Origin: a virus
Taxonomy: Duplodnaviria > Caudoviricetes
Virus record (IMG/VR): IMGVR_UViG_3300049573_000219
Location: 1-64,000 of that record
DNA length: 64,000 bases
Reading direction: 5' to 3' (one strand)
Part shown: piece after piece, positions 9,008-18,509 of the stretch
Position numbering within the stretch: the stretch's first letter is position 1
How the letters are laid out: the number at the start of each line of letters is the position of its first letter
Notes under the pieces: generated by a model
What the model was told of the DNA's origin: nothing
The model's database searches: none
What the model saw: the letters and a program-made list of their open reading frames with translations, nothing else
Program-made: the position numbers and the translations under genes

Positions 9008-9320
9008 CACTCTCCTTCGGGATCCACTCGGTGTGGGCCGAGCAGTTGTGCGTACACCCCTCACAGCCGCAGCGGCAGATGTTCGGGTCGGTCTCGTAGC
9101 CGGGGCAGCGGCCCTCGGCGATCTGCGCGGCGGCCTCGCCCCAGTAGCACAGGTCGTGCCAGTCCCTGCGCAGGACGGCCTGCCCGATGGCGGACTGGTG
9201 GCCGTCGGAATGACCCTGCTCCTCCAGCCGGGCCGCGTCCTGCTGGATGCGGTCGTAGATGTCACAGCAGACCAGCTCGGCGCGGATCCGGTAGGCGACT
9301 TCGTCCTGCCTGTGCTTCAC
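9000..9320 (-). CDS. Cys-rich hypothetical protein
   Basis: GTG start; C-terminal CRCGCEGCTHNC. Confidence 0.6.
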   Translation of the reverse strand: MKHRQDEVAYRIRAELVCCDIYDRIQQDAARLEEQGHSDGHQSAIGQAVLRRDWHDLCYWGEAAAQIAEGRCPGYETDPNICRCGCEGCTHNCSAHTEWIPKESDG

Positions 9321-9838
9321 CGCTTCGCCTTCTTTCCGCTGTACCAGGGGAGCGCCAGGCCGTCGTTCTCCTCGCGCGGAACCAGGTGGAGATGCAGGTG
9401 GAAAACGCTCTGCGTGGCCTCCTTGCCCCGCGAGGTGATGACGTTCATCGGCCGGTCCGTGAACCGCATCAGCTCGGCCGCGCGCCGGGCCGTGTCGGCG
9501 AACGTCTCCGGGTCGGCCGCGAAGTCCTTGACGTGCCGCTTCGGGACGATGAGGCAGTGCCCCTCCGTTACCGGGTTGAGCGGCACGAAGGCCACCGCGT
9601 CGTGCCAGGTGCCGGGCTCCAGAATCCACTCGACCGGTTCGCGGCCTGCGATGATCTCGCAGAACACGCAGGGCGCCGGAAGGATCTGATCCTCGCAGCC
9701 ACGACACCAGACGATCGGCGGAAGCTCATGGGCATAGACCGGATGCTTCCGCAGGGTCACACCGCGAGCGCAGTCGGGGTGGACGTAGGAGCCGAGGACG
9801 ATGTAGGCGACCGGCTCGGGCTTCTCGTGCACGGTCAC
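9317..9838 (-). CDS. HIT family nucleotide hydrolase
   Basis: CVFCEII, PLNPVTEGHCLIVPKRH, QSVFHLHLHLVPR histidine triad. Confidence 0.9.
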   Translation of the reverse strand: MTVHEKPEPVAYIVLGSYVHPDCARGVTLRKHPVYAHELPPIVWCRGCEDQILPAPCVFCEIIAGREPVEWILEPGTWHDAVAFVPLNPVTEGHCLIVPKRHVKDFAADPETFADTARRAAELMRFTDRPMNVITSRGKEATQSVFHLHLHLVPREENDGLALPWYSGKKAKR

Positions 9839-10020
9839 CACCAGCCGATCAGCGAGCCGACGGTCCACACGAGGCCCGTTACAGCGAGACCGGCGACGGC
9901 CAGGACCAGCAGAGTGACGGCACAGCAGCTCTCCGACTCGTCGCCGTGGGCCAGCTTCAGCCAGCCCAGTACGACGCCGGTCAGGACGATCGCCCAGAGC
10001 AGCATCTCGGATACGTCCAT
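9835..10020 (-). CDS. Small two-TM membrane protein
   Basis: Two hydrophobic segments in 61 aa, coupled to neighbours. Confidence 0.6.
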   Translation of the reverse strand: MDVSEMLLWAIVLTGVVLGWLKLAHGDESESCCAVTLLVLAVAGLAVTGLVWTVGSLIGWW

Positions 10021-10352
10021 CAGCCTGTCACCACCTTCAGGATCTGCCGTCCCGGACGGGACGCGTCATCGAGCACGTCGACCGTGTAACCGCAGTTGAC
10101 CAGGACGTCGCGGTACATCCGCAGCATGCCGGGCTCGCGTGCGTCACTTCCCTGGAACTCCACCATGACCGTGCCGTCCTCGGCATCCTTGGCCACGTAG
10201 CCGCTCTGCCGGAGGGCTTCCGGGAAGCGGGCGTTCGGCTCGTCACGCATCTTCCTCAGCTCGTCGAGCTGAATCTCGGCGATCTTCTTCACCGAGTTGA
10301 AGCCTCCACTGGCCAGGAAGAAGGAGACGCGGTGCGCCTTCAGCAGCGGCAT
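10020..10352 (-). CDS. Hypothetical protein
   Basis: GGAGG RBS, coupled. Confidence 0.65.
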   Translation of the reverse strand: MPLLKAHRVSFFLASGGFNSVKKIAEIQLDELRKMRDEPNARFPEALRQSGYVAKDAEDGTVMVEFQGSDAREPGMLRMYRDVLVNCGYTVDVLDDASRPGRQILKVVTG

Positions 10353-10353
10353 C

Positions 10354-10710
10354 TCACACCTCCGTCACGTCGAAGGGCAGCCCGGGGCCACCGGTCGGGC
10401 GGGCGCCGTCGATCAGTTCCTTCAGCCAGCCCCTCTCGGTCCGGCTCGGCGCCGTGACGAGCTGGCCGCGCCACTGCCGCTGAGAGCGGCTGCCGTCGGC
10501 CTTGAGGATCCAGCCCTCGGCGTAGACGGACGGTGACGAGCCACCGGCAACACGCCAGGATCCCGCGACCAGCGCGTAGTGGATCTCCACCTTGGTCAGG
10601 AGGATCTTCTTGCCCCGGACCGAGCTGTCGGGGTGCGGGATCTCCGGCCCGTCGATGATGTTCACGAAGCGTCTGACCACGGGCTCACTGCGGGCGTGTA
10701 CGAACTTCAT
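10354..10710 (-). CDS. Hypothetical protein
   Basis: Coupled ORF. Confidence 0.6.
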   Translation of the reverse strand: MKFVHARSEPVVRRFVNIIDGPEIPHPDSSVRGKKILLTKVEIHYALVAGSWRVAGGSSPSVYAEGWILKADGSRSQRQWRGQLVTAPSRTERGWLKELIDGARPTGGPGLPFDVTEV

Positions 10711-10916
10711 CGCGAACCACCCACCTGGGCGCTGGACCAGATGTGCCTCTCCAGCGCCAGGGCCAGCTTGCCCGTCACGTCGGCCGCCTCAGCGATCACC
10801 GTCTGCCGGTTCTTGCCCGAAGTCACCATGAAGGCCGACAGGTTCTCCGCGACGATCCGCGCGGCTGCCTCGACGGTCGCCACCTTGACCTGGCGTACGT
10901 CGTCCAACTTGTCCAC
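10707..10916 (-). CDS. Hypothetical protein
   Basis: First gene after TAGAAT -10-like box. Confidence 0.6.
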   Translation of the reverse strand: MDKLDDVRQVKVATVEAAARIVAENLSAFMVTSGKNRQTVIAEAADVTGKLALALERHIWSSAQVGGSR

Positions 10917-11030
10917 TGTTCTCCCCTTTCCCTGAAAACCATTCTAGCACAGGGGTGTTGACGGCCTAGGCGGAAAGCCGCGAGGCGCCCCTGCCAGCAA
11001 CGACAGGGACGCCTCGCAGTGCGGAGCCGA

Positions 11031-11480
11031 TCAGGCGAAGTACGGCTGACCCGTGTGGTACGCGATGACCAGGTTCTCGACCGGCGCGAAGAGCGGCGTC
11101 GGCAGACGGTCGATCGGGTGCCAGGTCCAGCCCGTGCACTTCTCGGGCTCCATCAGCCTCGGGTCACCGGAGACCCAGTGGGCGACCATGCCGACATCGG
11201 CGTAGTGCTTGCCCTGGTCGGTGTACTCGCGCAGGTTCGTGAGGCAGAGGAACCGGGGACGGGTGACGTTGATCTCGTCGCCGCACTCCTCCTCCAGCTC
11301 GCTCAGCGCGGTCTCCTCGTAGCTCTCACCGAACTCCTGGTGACCGCCCGGGGTGCCCCACTCGCCCACCCCGTGGGACCCGCGTCGCTGGCCGAGCAGC
11401 ACGTGCTGCCTGCCGTCGAACTGCCGGACCACGAGAAGGCTCACGCCGACCTTCGGCCGGTTGCTCTCGTCTCGCTTCAC
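11031..11480 (-). CDS. NUDIX hydrolase (NUDT15/MutT-like)
   Basis: RPKVGV, WGTPGGHQEFGESYEETALSELEEECG Nudix box, MEPEKC.GW.W. Confidence 0.9.
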   Translation of the reverse strand: MKRDESNRPKVGVSLLVVRQFDGRQHVLLGQRRGSHGVGEWGTPGGHQEFGESYEETALSELEEECGDEINVTRPRFLCLTNLREYTDQGKHYADVGMVAHWVSGDPRLMEPEKCTGWTWHPIDRLPTPLFAPVENLVIAYHTGQPYFA

Positions 11481-11737
11481 TTCTTCCCCTCGTCCCAGCC
11501 GAACAGCTCGTTCGGCGACGTCCCCAGCGCCGTGCACAGGAGCAGCAGCACGTCGGGCTTGATGTTGTTGCGGCCCTGCTCGATGAAGGTGATCGAGGTG
11601 CCGTCCTTGTAGCCGACCGCGCTGGCCAGCTCGACCTGCGTCATTCCGGCCCGCTCGCGCAGGGCGCGGACCCGCAGACCCACCGCGTAGGTCAGGTCGG
11701 TCGGCTCGGAGCGGGTGGGCGTGGTGCTCTTCTGCAC
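11477..11737 (-). CDS. XRE-family HTH transcriptional regulator
   Basis: VRALRERAGMTQVELASAVG...SITFIEQGRNN...LCTALG. Confidence 0.85.
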   Translation of the reverse strand: MQKSTTPTRSEPTDLTYAVGLRVRALRERAGMTQVELASAVGYKDGTSITFIEQGRNNIKPDVLLLLCTALGTSPNELFGWDEGKK

Positions 11738-11748
11738 GCTCTCCTCCT

Positions 11749-11964
11749 TCACAGGAGCCGGGCGCCGTAGCGCTCCTCGGGGACCTGGATGATCGCGATG
11801 GCCACCAGGGCGTTCATGGCCGCGATCTGTGCGACGCGCATCGGGTCGGTGTTCTCGCCGATGCGCGTCATCTCGACCGCGTTGACCAGGTCGGCACACT
11901 TCATGGCGTGCGCCAGGTAGCTGCGGGCCGCGTCGTCGCGGTCCGGCTCGTCGTTGCGCCGCAT
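11749..11964 (-). CDS. Hypothetical protein
   Basis: ATG after GAGGG. Confidence 0.55.
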   Translation of the reverse strand: MRRNDEPDRDDAARSYLAHAMKCADLVNAVEMTRIGENTDPMRVAQIAAMNALVAIAIIQVPEERYGARLL

Positions 11965-11969
11965 GGCCC

Positions 11970-12704
11970 TCAGACCCGGATGACGGTCGACTTGCGGACC
12001 ATCGTGGAGTTGGTCGCGGCGGCCTGCTGGGTGGAGCCGCCCGGGTTGTAGGTGACCTGGGAGGCGCGGCCCGCGATGCCCATGATCTCGCTCAGGAAGG
12101 CGTCGAGCTGGGACTCGCCGACGTAGCTGGTCACGTCGTAGCCGCTGGCGTTGACCAGGAGCATGTCGACGACCTGCCAGGTGTTCGCCTCGAAGCCGAA
12201 CGTGAAGACGAACTTCTGGCCGCTCTCGCCGTCCGCCAGGGTGATCAGGTACTGGTTCTTCTCCGAGACCACCGTGGGGACGATCGTCGTCGTCTCCTTG
12301 ACGGTGAGCTTGCGCAGACTGCCCAGCTCCTTGGCCACGGCCGTCGGCAGGTAGGTCTCGTCGACTTCCTGCGAGGCGGGGATCGCGGCCTTCCTGGCGC
12401 CCTCGGGGGTGAAGTTGCGGCGCCCGTTGTCGGGGTCCTTGTAGATCGCCACGTACATGTCCCAGCCGCTGGCCAGGGGCTGCTGCTTGCCGTCGATGAA
12501 GAGGTGGGACTTCTCCCAGCGCCACTTCCGGCCGTCGAGGCGGAACTTGATCGTCATCTTGGTGCGCTCGCCCAGGTGGGTGAGCAGGATCTTGCCGTAG
12601 CCGCTGCGCTCGACGATGGGCTCGCAGCCCGTCTTGTCCAGCAGGAAGGCGTACGGCTCGTGCACCACGTCCGGCATGTCGTCGATGCTGACGGTGTTGC
12701 CCAC
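11970..12704 (-). CDS. Hypothetical protein
   Basis: 244 aa, RBS and TAGAGT -10-like box upstream. Confidence 0.75.
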   Translation of the reverse strand: MGNTVSIDDMPDVVHEPYAFLLDKTGCEPIVERSGYGKILLTHLGERTKMTIKFRLDGRKWRWEKSHLFIDGKQQPLASGWDMYVAIYKDPDNGRRNFTPEGARKAAIPASQEVDETYLPTAVAKELGSLRKLTVKETTTIVPTVVSEKNQYLITLADGESGQKFVFTFGFEANTWQVVDMLLVNASGYDVTSYVGESQLDAFLSEIMGIAGRASQVTYNPGGSTQQAAATNSTMVRKSTVIRV

Positions 12705-12758
12705 TTCTTCTCCATCCGATGCAGCTTCCAGGCCCCGTGGCCGGGGCCTCTTCCGTTC

Positions 12759-12787
12759 TCAACTCTACTCTATCACAAGGGAGTTGA
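12759..12787. promoter_or_regulatory. Operator motif A (YCAAC-N19-GTTGR), representative site
   Basis: CTCAACTC...GAGTTGAG enclosing a TAGAGT -10-like box; same spacing at 6173, 13451, 13879, 14171, 14484, 21650, 27584. Confidence 0.65.
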
Positions 12788-12791
12788 GGAT

Positions 12792-13097
12792 TCAGTCGAT
12801 GTGCTTGCCGATGTACTCGACCTCGATCACCTTGACCTCGGCGCCCTGCTCGCCGTAGGCCCACAGGATGCGTTCGCCGCCAGGGCCGATGCGCACGTAC
12901 GAGATCCACAGGTCGTCGCGGTTGCCGAATTTCGGGTCCGGCTTCATCCGGTGCGTGTGCAGGCTCGGATGGGCCGGATTCTCCGACAGCTTGTTCAGGG
13001 CCGACTCGACCTGCCTCATCTTGCCCCGGTCGCCCGACTTGCGGATCTTCGTGATGCCCTTGCGGGCGGCCGGGGTGATGTCCAGCGCGAACTTCAT
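12792..13097 (-). CDS. RelE/ParE-superfamily toxin-like protein
   Basis: Basic 101 aa; LSENPAHPSLHTH...WISYV...RILWAY pattern; coupled to upstream acidic gene. Confidence 0.65.
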   Translation of the reverse strand: MKFALDITPAARKGITKIRKSGDRGKMRQVESALNKLSENPAHPSLHTHRMKPDPKFGNRDDLWISYVRIGPGGERILWAYGEQGAEVKVIEVEYIGKHID

Positions 13098-13396
13098 GCC
13101 GCGTCACCCCAGATCAGGGCGTGCAGCTCGGCGTCGGTCGAGACGCGCTGGGACGGGATGCCCCGGCGCCGCGACTCGCGGTTGACGTAGACCGCCTCCG
13201 CCGCGTCCTCCATGCCGGTGAAGCCGAACGCCTCCTCCGGCGAGAGGACCGCCTTGACGGCCAGGTGCTGGTCGATGGCCGAGGGGGTCAGGGTGATCAC
13301 GCCGCCCTCGGCGACGTCGACCCTGTACTGCCGGTCCTCCACGACCGGGCTCAGGTCGATGCGTCCACGCGAGTCCGGCGACACCAGGATGACCAT
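13094..13396 (-). CDS. AbrB/MazE-like antitoxin
   Basis: DSRGRIDL...YRVDVAEGGVITLTP swapped-hairpin-like N-terminus; upstream of toxin-like gene. Confidence 0.55.
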   Translation of the reverse strand: MVILVSPDSRGRIDLSPVVEDRQYRVDVAEGGVITLTPSAIDQHLAVKAVLSPEEAFGFTGMEDAAEAVYVNRESRRRGIPSQRVSTDAELHALIWGDAA

Positions 13397-13476
13397 GGTC
13401 TCTCCTTCCCGTCGGCGGGCGGTGCCCGCTCTCCTATGAGGAGCCTATCCTCAACTTGGCTGCCATTGCAAGAGGT

Positions 13477-13845
13477 TCAGCCGGTGACCACGATCGACGA
13501 GAACGGGCTGTCGGGCGTGACGAACTCCGTCGCGAAGGCACGGTCCAGCACAGCCTTCAGCCGGGGCGTCAGCGCCTCGGTGCGGTCCCACCGGATCTCG
13601 GTCGTGGCCATGCAGTCGGCGCACCACGTCGGCCGCAGCCGCTGCGTGAACGCCTCGGCCAGCCGAGGGAAGAAACCCTTCCCCTCGCAGGTCGCGCAGT
13701 TCCAGCGGAACGGCGTGAGGGTGACCATCACCTTTCCGTCGTACGTGACGGAAGTCCTGGCGAACATCAGGTCGTCCCTGAAGCCCTCGGCCAGCAGGTG
13801 GTCCCTGATCCGGTCTTCCAGTTTCCGGGCGCTCTCGGCGTCCAT
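13477..13845 (-). CDS. Hypothetical protein with two CxxC pairs
   Basis: CATC and CADC; GAGGGG RBS. Confidence 0.6.
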   Translation of the reverse strand: MDAESARKLEDRIRDHLLAEGFRDDLMFARTSVTYDGKVMVTLTPFRWNCATCEGKGFFPRLAEAFTQRLRPTWCADCMATTEIRWDRTEALTPRLKAVLDRAFATEFVTPDSPFSSIVVTG

Positions 13846-13922
13846 CGCGCATCCCCTCTCCGAAGAGGCTTCGTTGCCTCAACGGAGAGGTTAGCAGCGG
13901 ATCTTGATGACCTGGGCCACTT

Positions 13923-14177
13923 TCAGCGAATGTGCCTCTCGATCTCCAGGGCCAGCTTCTTGACCACCAGGCCCAGCCGCTCGGCGACGTCCTCCGCGTA
14001 GCTGTCCAGCGACTCCACGCGGATGCCCGTCCGGCGCTGCTGCCGGGGGGCGTTCAGGGCCCGCACGATCACCTCCTCGGTGACCGAACCCCGCAGCAGC
14101 TCCACCGCCAGCTCGGTGGCCTTCGTCCTCACCTGCTCCACAGATAGCTCCTCGTGTCTTCTCGATTCCGTCAACAC
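13923..14177 (-). CDS. Hypothetical protein (start uncertain)
   Basis: 84 aa ORF under TAGACT -10-like box. Confidence 0.5.
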   Translation of the reverse strand: MLTESRRHEELSVEQVRTKATELAVELLRGSVTEEVIVRALNAPRQQRRTGIRVESLDSYAEDVAERLGLVVKKLALEIERHIR

Positions 14178-14220
14178 GAGTCTACCAGAAGGAAGTTGAG
14201 AAGAGATGGGCTCGATGGAG

Positions 14221-14454
14221 TCAGCGCCCCGTCCTGATGAGATGACGGGCCAGGAGGGCGCGGACCACCAGGACCCCGCCGATGAGCATCACCTGCTGCT
14301 GCGAGCCGTCCGGCAGGGCCGCCAGATCCGTGACGATGTTCGGGCCGAGCACCATCGCCATGCCGGTCACCCCGAGCGCGTCACTGACGAAGACCTCCTC
14401 GGCCGGGACCGTGCGGCCCCTCTTCTGGTTCGTGTCCTGCACCTTTTCCATGCC
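14221..14454 (-). CDS. Small membrane protein
   Basis: Hydrophobic segments; GGAAAAGGGG RBS; start uncertain. Confidence 0.5.
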   Translation of the reverse strand, partial: GMEKVQDTNQKRGRTVPAEEVFVSDALGVTGMAMVLGPNIVTDLAALPDGSQQQVMLIGGVLVVRALLARHLIRTGR

Positions 14455-14519
14455 CACGTCGATCCCCTTTCCGGTTCGTTTCCCCAACTCTAGCAAACGC
14501 CAGCGAGGTTGACCCTCAA

Positions 14520-15230
14520 GGAAAGCTCAGAACCTCCTTGATCACGTCATCCGCCCGAGCCCGCCAGCGGCCCGCCAGCGGCCGACAGCGGCCACCACCC
14601 ACCGCAGAGACGCCGGAGCCACCAACCGGCCCGCAGACGGGCGCCCAGCCACCCTCCTGCCGCAGACGAGCCGACACCCCAGCCCCCACCGGTTCGGCCC
14701 GCACCCGGCAGACGGCAGTACCCCCACCCTTCCGGAAGCGAAGCGAATCCGTCCGTCCTCCCGGCGCCGCGCCAGCGGGGCCGAAGCGCGCGTGCGCGCG
14801 GGACGACGACGAAGGAGAGGTGTCTCGAAGAGAGAGTGGAGGTGCGGGCCGGTGGGTGGGGAACCCACCGGCTTGCACCGACACCGAACGGAGAGGCACC
14901 TCGACTGAGGAGGAGGACTTCTACCTTCTTGGGGTGGGTGGCTACCCATTTCCCCAGGTCAGGTTGGGTACCGATGTGCACAGACAGGAGAGGGCCCCTA
15001 CTACGGCCAGGATAGGGGGTGCTACAGCCAGGGTAGGGGTAGAAATCGGGCATCTTTCTCTATCTGGCATATCTTTCAGCGGTAGGAAGGGGGTGTCGTT
15101 CGGAGGTTCCGAAAACCGGGCCAGGAGGGGACCCTTTTGCACGCACAGGACACCCCCCTGCCCTGGTGGGAGCGGATCGACTGCACTGCCTGCAAAGATG
15201 GCACGTCTCTGATAGAGTCGTGTTCGGAAA
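14520..15230. other. Non-coding divergence region, candidate replication origin
   Basis: No convincing ORF; short direct repeats; lies directly upstream of rep/DnaB/primase genes at the strand switch. Confidence 0.45.
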
Positions 15231-15240
15231 GGAGAGCCAC

Positions 15241-15630
15241 ATGGGCACTTACATGGGCGGCGCCATGAGCGTTGCCGAGCTGGACGACTTCGCTCGGAGC
15301 GGCAGGGCTACGGAGGTGGCGGACTGGGTGATCGCGCTGAACCTCAAGCCGCACACCCATGTCCTCTACATGCGGATGTGCAGGATTGCCAGGATCGAAG
15401 ACCGGGAGGGCATCCGGCTCACGCTCACCCGAGAGGAGGCGGACAACCTCTCCCGGGGGGATGGCAACGAGGCCCTGAACGAGCTTCTGGGGGTCGGGGC
15501 GATCACGAAGGTCGCCGCCTACCGAAGCGGCAAGGTCCGGTTCCAGATCGAGATTTACCCGCCCGAGGTCCGCTCGCTCATGGGCGAGTACCGTCAGGCC
15601 GCTGGCATGCCGGTGGTCTCGTACACCTGA
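15241..15630 (+). CDS. wHTH-like protein resembling the initiator N-terminus
   Basis: AAGGAG RBS; VADWVIALNLKPHTHVLY resembles the next gene's N-terminus. Confidence 0.6.
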   Translation: MGTYMGGAMSVAELDDFARSGRATEVADWVIALNLKPHTHVLYMRMCRIARIEDREGIRLTLTREEADNLSRGDGNEALNELLGVGAITKVAAYRSGKVRFQIEIYPPEVRSLMGEYRQAAGMPVVSYT

Positions 15631-15699
15631 GAAAAGCGAAGGGGCCCCGCTGCAACGGGACCCCTCTAGATGCTCAACCCACAAGGAAGGTACCCCAAA

Positions 15700-16674
15700 A
15701 TGAGCGATCGGCCCACCTTCAGTCTGACGGACGACTGGGTCACGCTGGCCGACCTCGACCACCTGACCTTCCGGATCTACTCCATCCTCCGAACGAACGC
15801 GGAGTTCGGACGAAACGGCGTGGTGAGCCACACCGTGCACGTGACTGCATCCTGGGTGGTTGACTGCACCCGGCACTGGGAGAAGCCGCTGGCCATGTCC
15901 ACGGTTCGCAAGCACATGCAGAAGCTGGTGGATGCGGGCGTTCTAAGGCGGGTGAATGACCCGAAGGAAGGGCTCGGGACGATCTACGAATTCGTGGCCG
16001 ATCCGGGCGAGGATTACCCGCACCCGGTGAACGGGTTCGAACACGCCAAGCGGATTTCTCGCAGCCGTGGAACAACTTCCGTCTACCGGCGAATCCGCAC
16101 GGATGACTCCACTGCACCCTCCGCATCAAGGCGCTCTTCGCGACCGGTGGTGCAGGCGGTGGAGGCATTCGACGCCGAGCCGGTGACCGAGGAGCAGGAG
16201 TTCGACCTGTCGGGGCTGGACGGGATCGGCCAGGAGGGACCGGCCCTGACCGAGTCCCAGCGGGAGTTCGCCGAGGAGCTTGAGCAGGCGACCGGCGTCA
16301 GCACCACACCGCACCTCCGGCTGATGGCCGGAGCGTGTCGCAGGATCGCCGAGACGTACGGCCCGGCGCTGGAGTCCGGCTGGATCCCCCGCGATCTCGC
16401 CCGGCGTCTCGCGGCTGAGTTGAACCCGAAGGTTCGCATGCCGGAGAAGCTGCTCGTGAGCAAGGCCGAGGACATCGGCAAGCCTCCGAAGGCGGCGGCC
16501 GAGGCCATGCCCCAGGAGGTCCGGCGGGCGGACGGGCTGAACGGCTACGTCCCCCCGAAGCAGTTCCGGAAGCGTGACGGGCTCCCCCTGAGCCCGGAGG
16601 AGCAGCGGAAGATCGACGAGAAGCTGCGGAGTTACCAGGCGCAGCGTGAACGCGCCAACTGGCTGAAGAGCTGA
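15700..16674 (+). CDS. Putative replication initiator (N-terminal wHTH)
   Basis: DWVTLADL...STVRKHMQKLVDAGVL wHTH; immediately upstream of DnaB. Confidence 0.6.
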   Translation: MSDRPTFSLTDDWVTLADLDHLTFRIYSILRTNAEFGRNGVVSHTVHVTASWVVDCTRHWEKPLAMSTVRKHMQKLVDAGVLRRVNDPKEGLGTIYEFVADPGEDYPHPVNGFEHAKRISRSRGTTSVYRRIRTDDSTAPSASRRSSRPVVQAVEAFDAEPVTEEQEFDLSGLDGIGQEGPALTESQREFAEELEQATGVSTTPHLRLMAGACRRIAETYGPALESGWIPRDLARRLAAELNPKVRMPEKLLVSKAEDIGKPPKAAAEAMPQEVRRADGLNGYVPPKQFRKRDGLPLSPEEQRKIDEKLRSYQAQRERANWLKS

Positions 16675-16696
16675 ACGACGGGAAGGAAGAAGACTC

Positions 16697-18058
16697 ATGG
16701 GTGAAGTGCGTGCCATCGCGGGTGGAACGATGGTCGACCCGCATGCCGAGATGGCTGTTCTCGGAGAGCTGCTGCTTTCCGAGGGGCACCCCCTCGACTG
16801 CCGCGACGAGGTCACCGAGATCCTGCGGGAGGCCGGACCGGCGGTATTCAATGACCCGCTCAACCGGAAGGTCTACGAGGCGTTCCTGACCGGCTTCATC
16901 GAAGGCGGTCACACCGACCCCGTCTCTGTCGTAGGGGTGCTGCGTACCGACGGGGACTTGACGCCCGAGCTGTTCGATCACGTGCACTCGCTTCCGTCCC
17001 GGGCGGGAAACCTCGCTGCTTCCCACGGCGGGGCGCGAGCCCTGCTGGATCTCTACCGCAGGCGCCAGCTCCACCAGGTTCTCGTCGAATCCAGTGGCCG
17101 CGTGCAGTCCGGCGGCGGATCGTACGGTGAGATCGCCGGTGAGGTCTCCAGCATGGTGTCGGAGGTCATCGACGTCTCCACGAAGGTGGCCACCACCTTC
17201 AGCGCCGCCGAAGTCTCCGAGGCCGCACTGGGGCACATCCTGCACGGCAAGAAGACCGAGCTGGGCATCCCGATGGGCCTGCACGACATCGATGAGCTGA
17301 CCGGCGGCATGCGCATGGGCCAGTTCATCGTGATCGCGGGGCGGCCGGGCCACGGTAAGACCACCCTGGGTGCACAGGTCGCGCGCAACGTTTCCCACCA
17401 GGGCATCGCGACGGAGATCTTCTCCCTGGAGATGCCGAAGGAGGAGCTGGGGCAGCGCAACGCGTCGGCCGAGACCGGCATCCCCTTCGAGGACATCCGG
17501 GATGGCCGGGTGGATGCCGAGGCGATCGACCGGCTGATCGAGTACGACGCCAGCCAGGCCGAGTACCCCATGACGGTCGACGACGACCCGGGTCAGACGC
17601 TCGGGGAGATCGCGCTGAAGGTGCGCAAGTCGGCCCGGGAGAAGGGCGCGAAGGTCTTCGTCATCGACTATCTCCAGCTCGTGAAGCCGGACAAGCCGAC
17701 CGGCAACCCGACGGTGGACGTGGCGATCGTTTCGGAGGGGCTGCGCAGGCTGGCCCGTACGCTCCGCGTGATCATCATCGCGCTGGCGCAGCTCAACCGT
17801 GAGTCGGCGAGCCGGGACGACGGCAAGCCGAAGCTGACCGATCTGCGCCAGTCCGGCCAGATCGAGCAGGACGCCAACCTGGTGATCCTGGTCCACCTGC
17901 CGTTCAAGATCGACCCCGACACGGCACGCGGCAAGGAGGCGGACATCATCCTGGCCAAGAACCGTGGCGGCAAGACGGCCGAGCGCGTCATGCTCTTCGA
18001 CGGCGCCCACAGCCGGTTCCTCAACCCGTCCGACGTGCTTCCGAGGATGGCCGCATGA
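16697..18058 (+). CDS. dnaB: Replicative DNA helicase
   Basis: AEMAVLG N-domain, Walker A GRPGHGKT, FSLEM, IDYLQL, LAQLNR, DLRQSGQIEQDA, AKNRGG. Confidence 0.95.
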   Translation: MGEVRAIAGGTMVDPHAEMAVLGELLLSEGHPLDCRDEVTEILREAGPAVFNDPLNRKVYEAFLTGFIEGGHTDPVSVVGVLRTDGDLTPELFDHVHSLPSRAGNLAASHGGARALLDLYRRRQLHQVLVESSGRVQSGGGSYGEIAGEVSSMVSEVIDVSTKVATTFSAAEVSEAALGHILHGKKTELGIPMGLHDIDELTGGMRMGQFIVIAGRPGHGKTTLGAQVARNVSHQGIATEIFSLEMPKEELGQRNASAETGIPFEDIRDGRVDAEAIDRLIEYDASQAEYPMTVDDDPGQTLGEIALKVRKSAREKGAKVFVIDYLQLVKPDKPTGNPTVDVAIVSEGLRRLARTLRVIIIALAQLNRESASRDDGKPKLTDLRQSGQIEQDANLVILVHLPFKIDPDTARGKEADIILAKNRGGKTAERVMLFDGAHSRFLNPSDVLPRMAA

Positions 18059-18495
18059 TCACCGGAGAGTTCCTGGTCTGTGACGATCTCGGCCCTCTCG
18101 GGCGTCTGGTTCCCCCGGGTGAGCTGTTCGTGATGGAACCCAGGGACGTGAACCTGGTCATCGCGGAACGGAAGTGGATCAGCGGGAAGTATCTGGAGGC
18201 GGACGAGAAGGCCGAGCAGTACCGGAAGCGCCTGAAGACGGCACACCTGCGTGGGCGGCGCGACGCGATCCGCGAATGGTTCGACATCTGGACCATCGAA
18301 GCGGCGAAGTACTCCGTCTGTGACGGCTGGCTGCTGGCTGTCGTCGGCCTTCTGGAGATGGGCAAGCAGCAGGCGATGAACGTTCCGAAGAACTTCAGCT
18401 ACAACGGCTACGGACCGATCAGGGAGTTGACCAAGAAGGTGGTCAACGCCACCGACGAGGAGATCATCAACGGCGCCCGGTTCCGGGTGTCGTAA
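18055..18495 (+). CDS. Hypothetical protein
   Basis: ATGA overlap with dnaB. Confidence 0.7.
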   Translation: MITGEFLVCDDLGPLGRLVPPGELFVMEPRDVNLVIAERKWISGKYLEADEKAEQYRKRLKTAHLRGRRDAIREWFDIWTIEAAKYSVCDGWLLAVVGLLEMGKQQAMNVPKNFSYNGYGPIRELTKKVVNATDEEIINGARFRVS

Positions 18496-18509
18496 CGGAG
18501 AGGGGAAAC

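Noticed and set aside
14516-15212. Several overlapping ORFs in the divergence region
   Set aside because: Low-complexity R/P/G translations, no RBS or GC3 bias; treated as non-coding
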